Below, in pieces: positions 6,907 through 7,907 of a stretch of DNA of 7,907 bases. Below the pieces are notes generated by a model, which did not search any database, was not told the origin of the DNA, and was given only the letters and a program-made list of their open reading frames with translations. The stretch comes from Octopus sinensis (Eukaryota). The stretch lies in the NCBI RefSeq assembly GCF_006345805.1, contig NW_021828704.1:1-7907 (forward strand), given 5' to 3'. Made by a program: the position numbers and the translations under genes. How positions within the stretch are numbered: the first letter of the stretch is position 1; each line of letters begins with the position of its first letter.

Positions 6907-6944
<38 letters not shown>
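6817..6944. repeat. (CA)n followed by (TA)n microsatellite
   Basis: Direct reading. Confidence 0.95.
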
Positions 6945-6946
<2 letters not shown>

Positions 6947-6948
6947 TA

Positions 6949-7634
6949 TTAGGTGTAAAGAAAGTTCTTGCGGGATTTTTTATTTTGGTTTTAAATTATG
7001 TATTTTCAAATTAATTTTTGTTAAATTACTTTGACTTTATATGTCATTTTAAAGTCCGTTTTCCGCTCTATCTAATCGTGTTACTCTTTTTTTTTGAATA
7101 ATTAGACCATTTTTCCGTAACAACATGGACACAAAGCAAATTCGCACAATTTTCTTATACCAGTTCAAGCTAGGCCGAAAAGCTGCTGAAACATCTCGCG
7201 ATATCAACGATGAGTTTGGCCTAGGAACAACTAATGAACGTACAGCACAATGAAGGTTCAAGAAATTTCGCAACGGTGACGAGAGTCTTGAAGATGATAA
7301 GCGTAGTGGTCGGCCATCGGATGTTGATAACGATTAACTAAGAGCCTTAGTGGAAGCCAATCCACGCACAACTGTTCGAGAGCTTGCTTCTGAATTAGAC
7401 GTAACGCATACAATTTCTAACCACTTGAAAGAGATTGGAAAAACAAAAATACTTGAGAAATGGATGCCGCACGAATTCAAGGACAACCAAAGAAACGCCG
7501 TTTTGAAGTGTCGTCTTCCCTTCTTTTACGCAGCAAGAACGACCCGTTTCTCGACCGGATTGTGACTTGCGATGAAAAATGGATTCTTTACGACAACGAG
7601 CGACGCTCAGCTCAGTGGCTGGACGCCGACGAAG
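6949..7634 (+). mobile_element. 5' half of a mariner transposon (cecropia/Hsmar1-like subfamily), 3'-truncated
   Basis: TA (6947-6948) is followed by TTAGGTGTAAAGAAAGTTCTTGCGG, which resembles the Hsmar1 TIR as I recall it. Transposase homology runs 7125-7634. There is no right TIR in the window. Confidence 0.88.
7125..7634 (+). pseudogene. mariner transposase pseudogene (N-terminal HTH domains through the first catalytic Asp)
   Basis: It reads MDTKQIRTIFLYQFKLGRKAAETSRDINDEFGLGTTNERTAQ*RFKKFRNGDESLEDDKRSGRPSDVDND*LRALVEANPRTTVRELA...KWMPHE, then frameshifts to KKRRFEVSSSLLLRSKNDPFLDRIVTCDEKWILYDN. The WVPHEL-like and TCDEKW motifs are present. Stops are TGA 7251-7253 and TAA 7335-7337, and the frameshift is near 7490. 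Confidence 0.95.
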
Positions 7635-7694
7635 ACAAACAAACAAACACGACTGAAAACAGTAACTCCGTCTTCACTAAGGCGGAGGTAATAA
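7635..7694 (-). mobile_element. probable 5' end of a non-autonomous Helentron-type (HINE/DINE-1-like) element
   Basis: The minus strand reads TTATTACCTCCGCCTTAGTGAAGACGGAGTTACTGTTTTCAGTCGTGTTTGTTTGTTTGT: a T-rich start, a 9-bp hairpin (7666-7687), then a (GTTT)n microsatellite. This is the order known for HINEs; the family assignment is from memory. Confidence 0.55.
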
Positions 7695-7712
7695 TAGTCA
7701 TACAGGAGTCAG

Positions 7713-7889
7713 TATAAATATAATCTTTTCTACTCTAAGTACAAGACCCGAAATTCTGTGAGAGGGGGCCAGTCGATTAGATCGACCCCAGTACGCAACT
7801 GGTACTTAATTTATCGACCACGAAAGGATGAAAGGCAAAGTCGATCTCGGCGGAATTTGAACTCAGAATGTAAAGACAGACGAAATACC
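7713..7889 (-). mobile_element. SINE family B copy, interrupted within the tRNA head
   Basis: AGTCGATTAGATCGACCCCAGTACGCAACTGGTACTTAATTTATCGACCACGAAAGGATGAAAGGCAAAGTCGA...GAACTCAGAATGTAAAGACAGACGAAATACC. The GCTAAGCATT seen next in the other copies is absent. Confidence 0.93.
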
Positions 7890-7907
7890 TATTTCTTTAT
7901 TACCCAC

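Noticed and set aside
7049-7646. Minus-strand ORFs 7049-7273 and 7395-7646
   Set aside because: These are antisense shadows of the mariner transposase pseudogene.

Overview
This is AT-rich, repeat-saturated eukaryotic non-coding DNA, either intronic or intergenic. The SINE sequences and microsatellite load match what I recall of octopus (coleoid cephalopod) genomes; that is an inference from memory, not a database result. I can support no intact protein-coding gene, RNA gene or CRISPR array. The window holds three near-identical copies of a ~400-nt tRNA-headed SINE (family A) and seven copies or fragments of a second (family B). A third SINE (C) is split by an A copy. There is also a probable LINE 3' end and three degenerate copies of a short ~65-nt repeat. 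Two dead mariner transposons of different subfamilies are present: a 561-bp internally deleted element with both TIRs, and a 5' half with stops and a frameshift. The 5' end of a probable Helentron-type non-autonomous element and large compound microsatellites complete the picture. Most ORFs in the supplied track are artefacts of microsatellites or SINEs. I found no convincing new multi-gene system. The most interesting signals are at the mobile-element level: module sharing between SINE families A and B, a co-oriented tail-into-tail retroposon stack, strong strand bias, a probable microhomology-deleted mariner, and two perfect palindromes.
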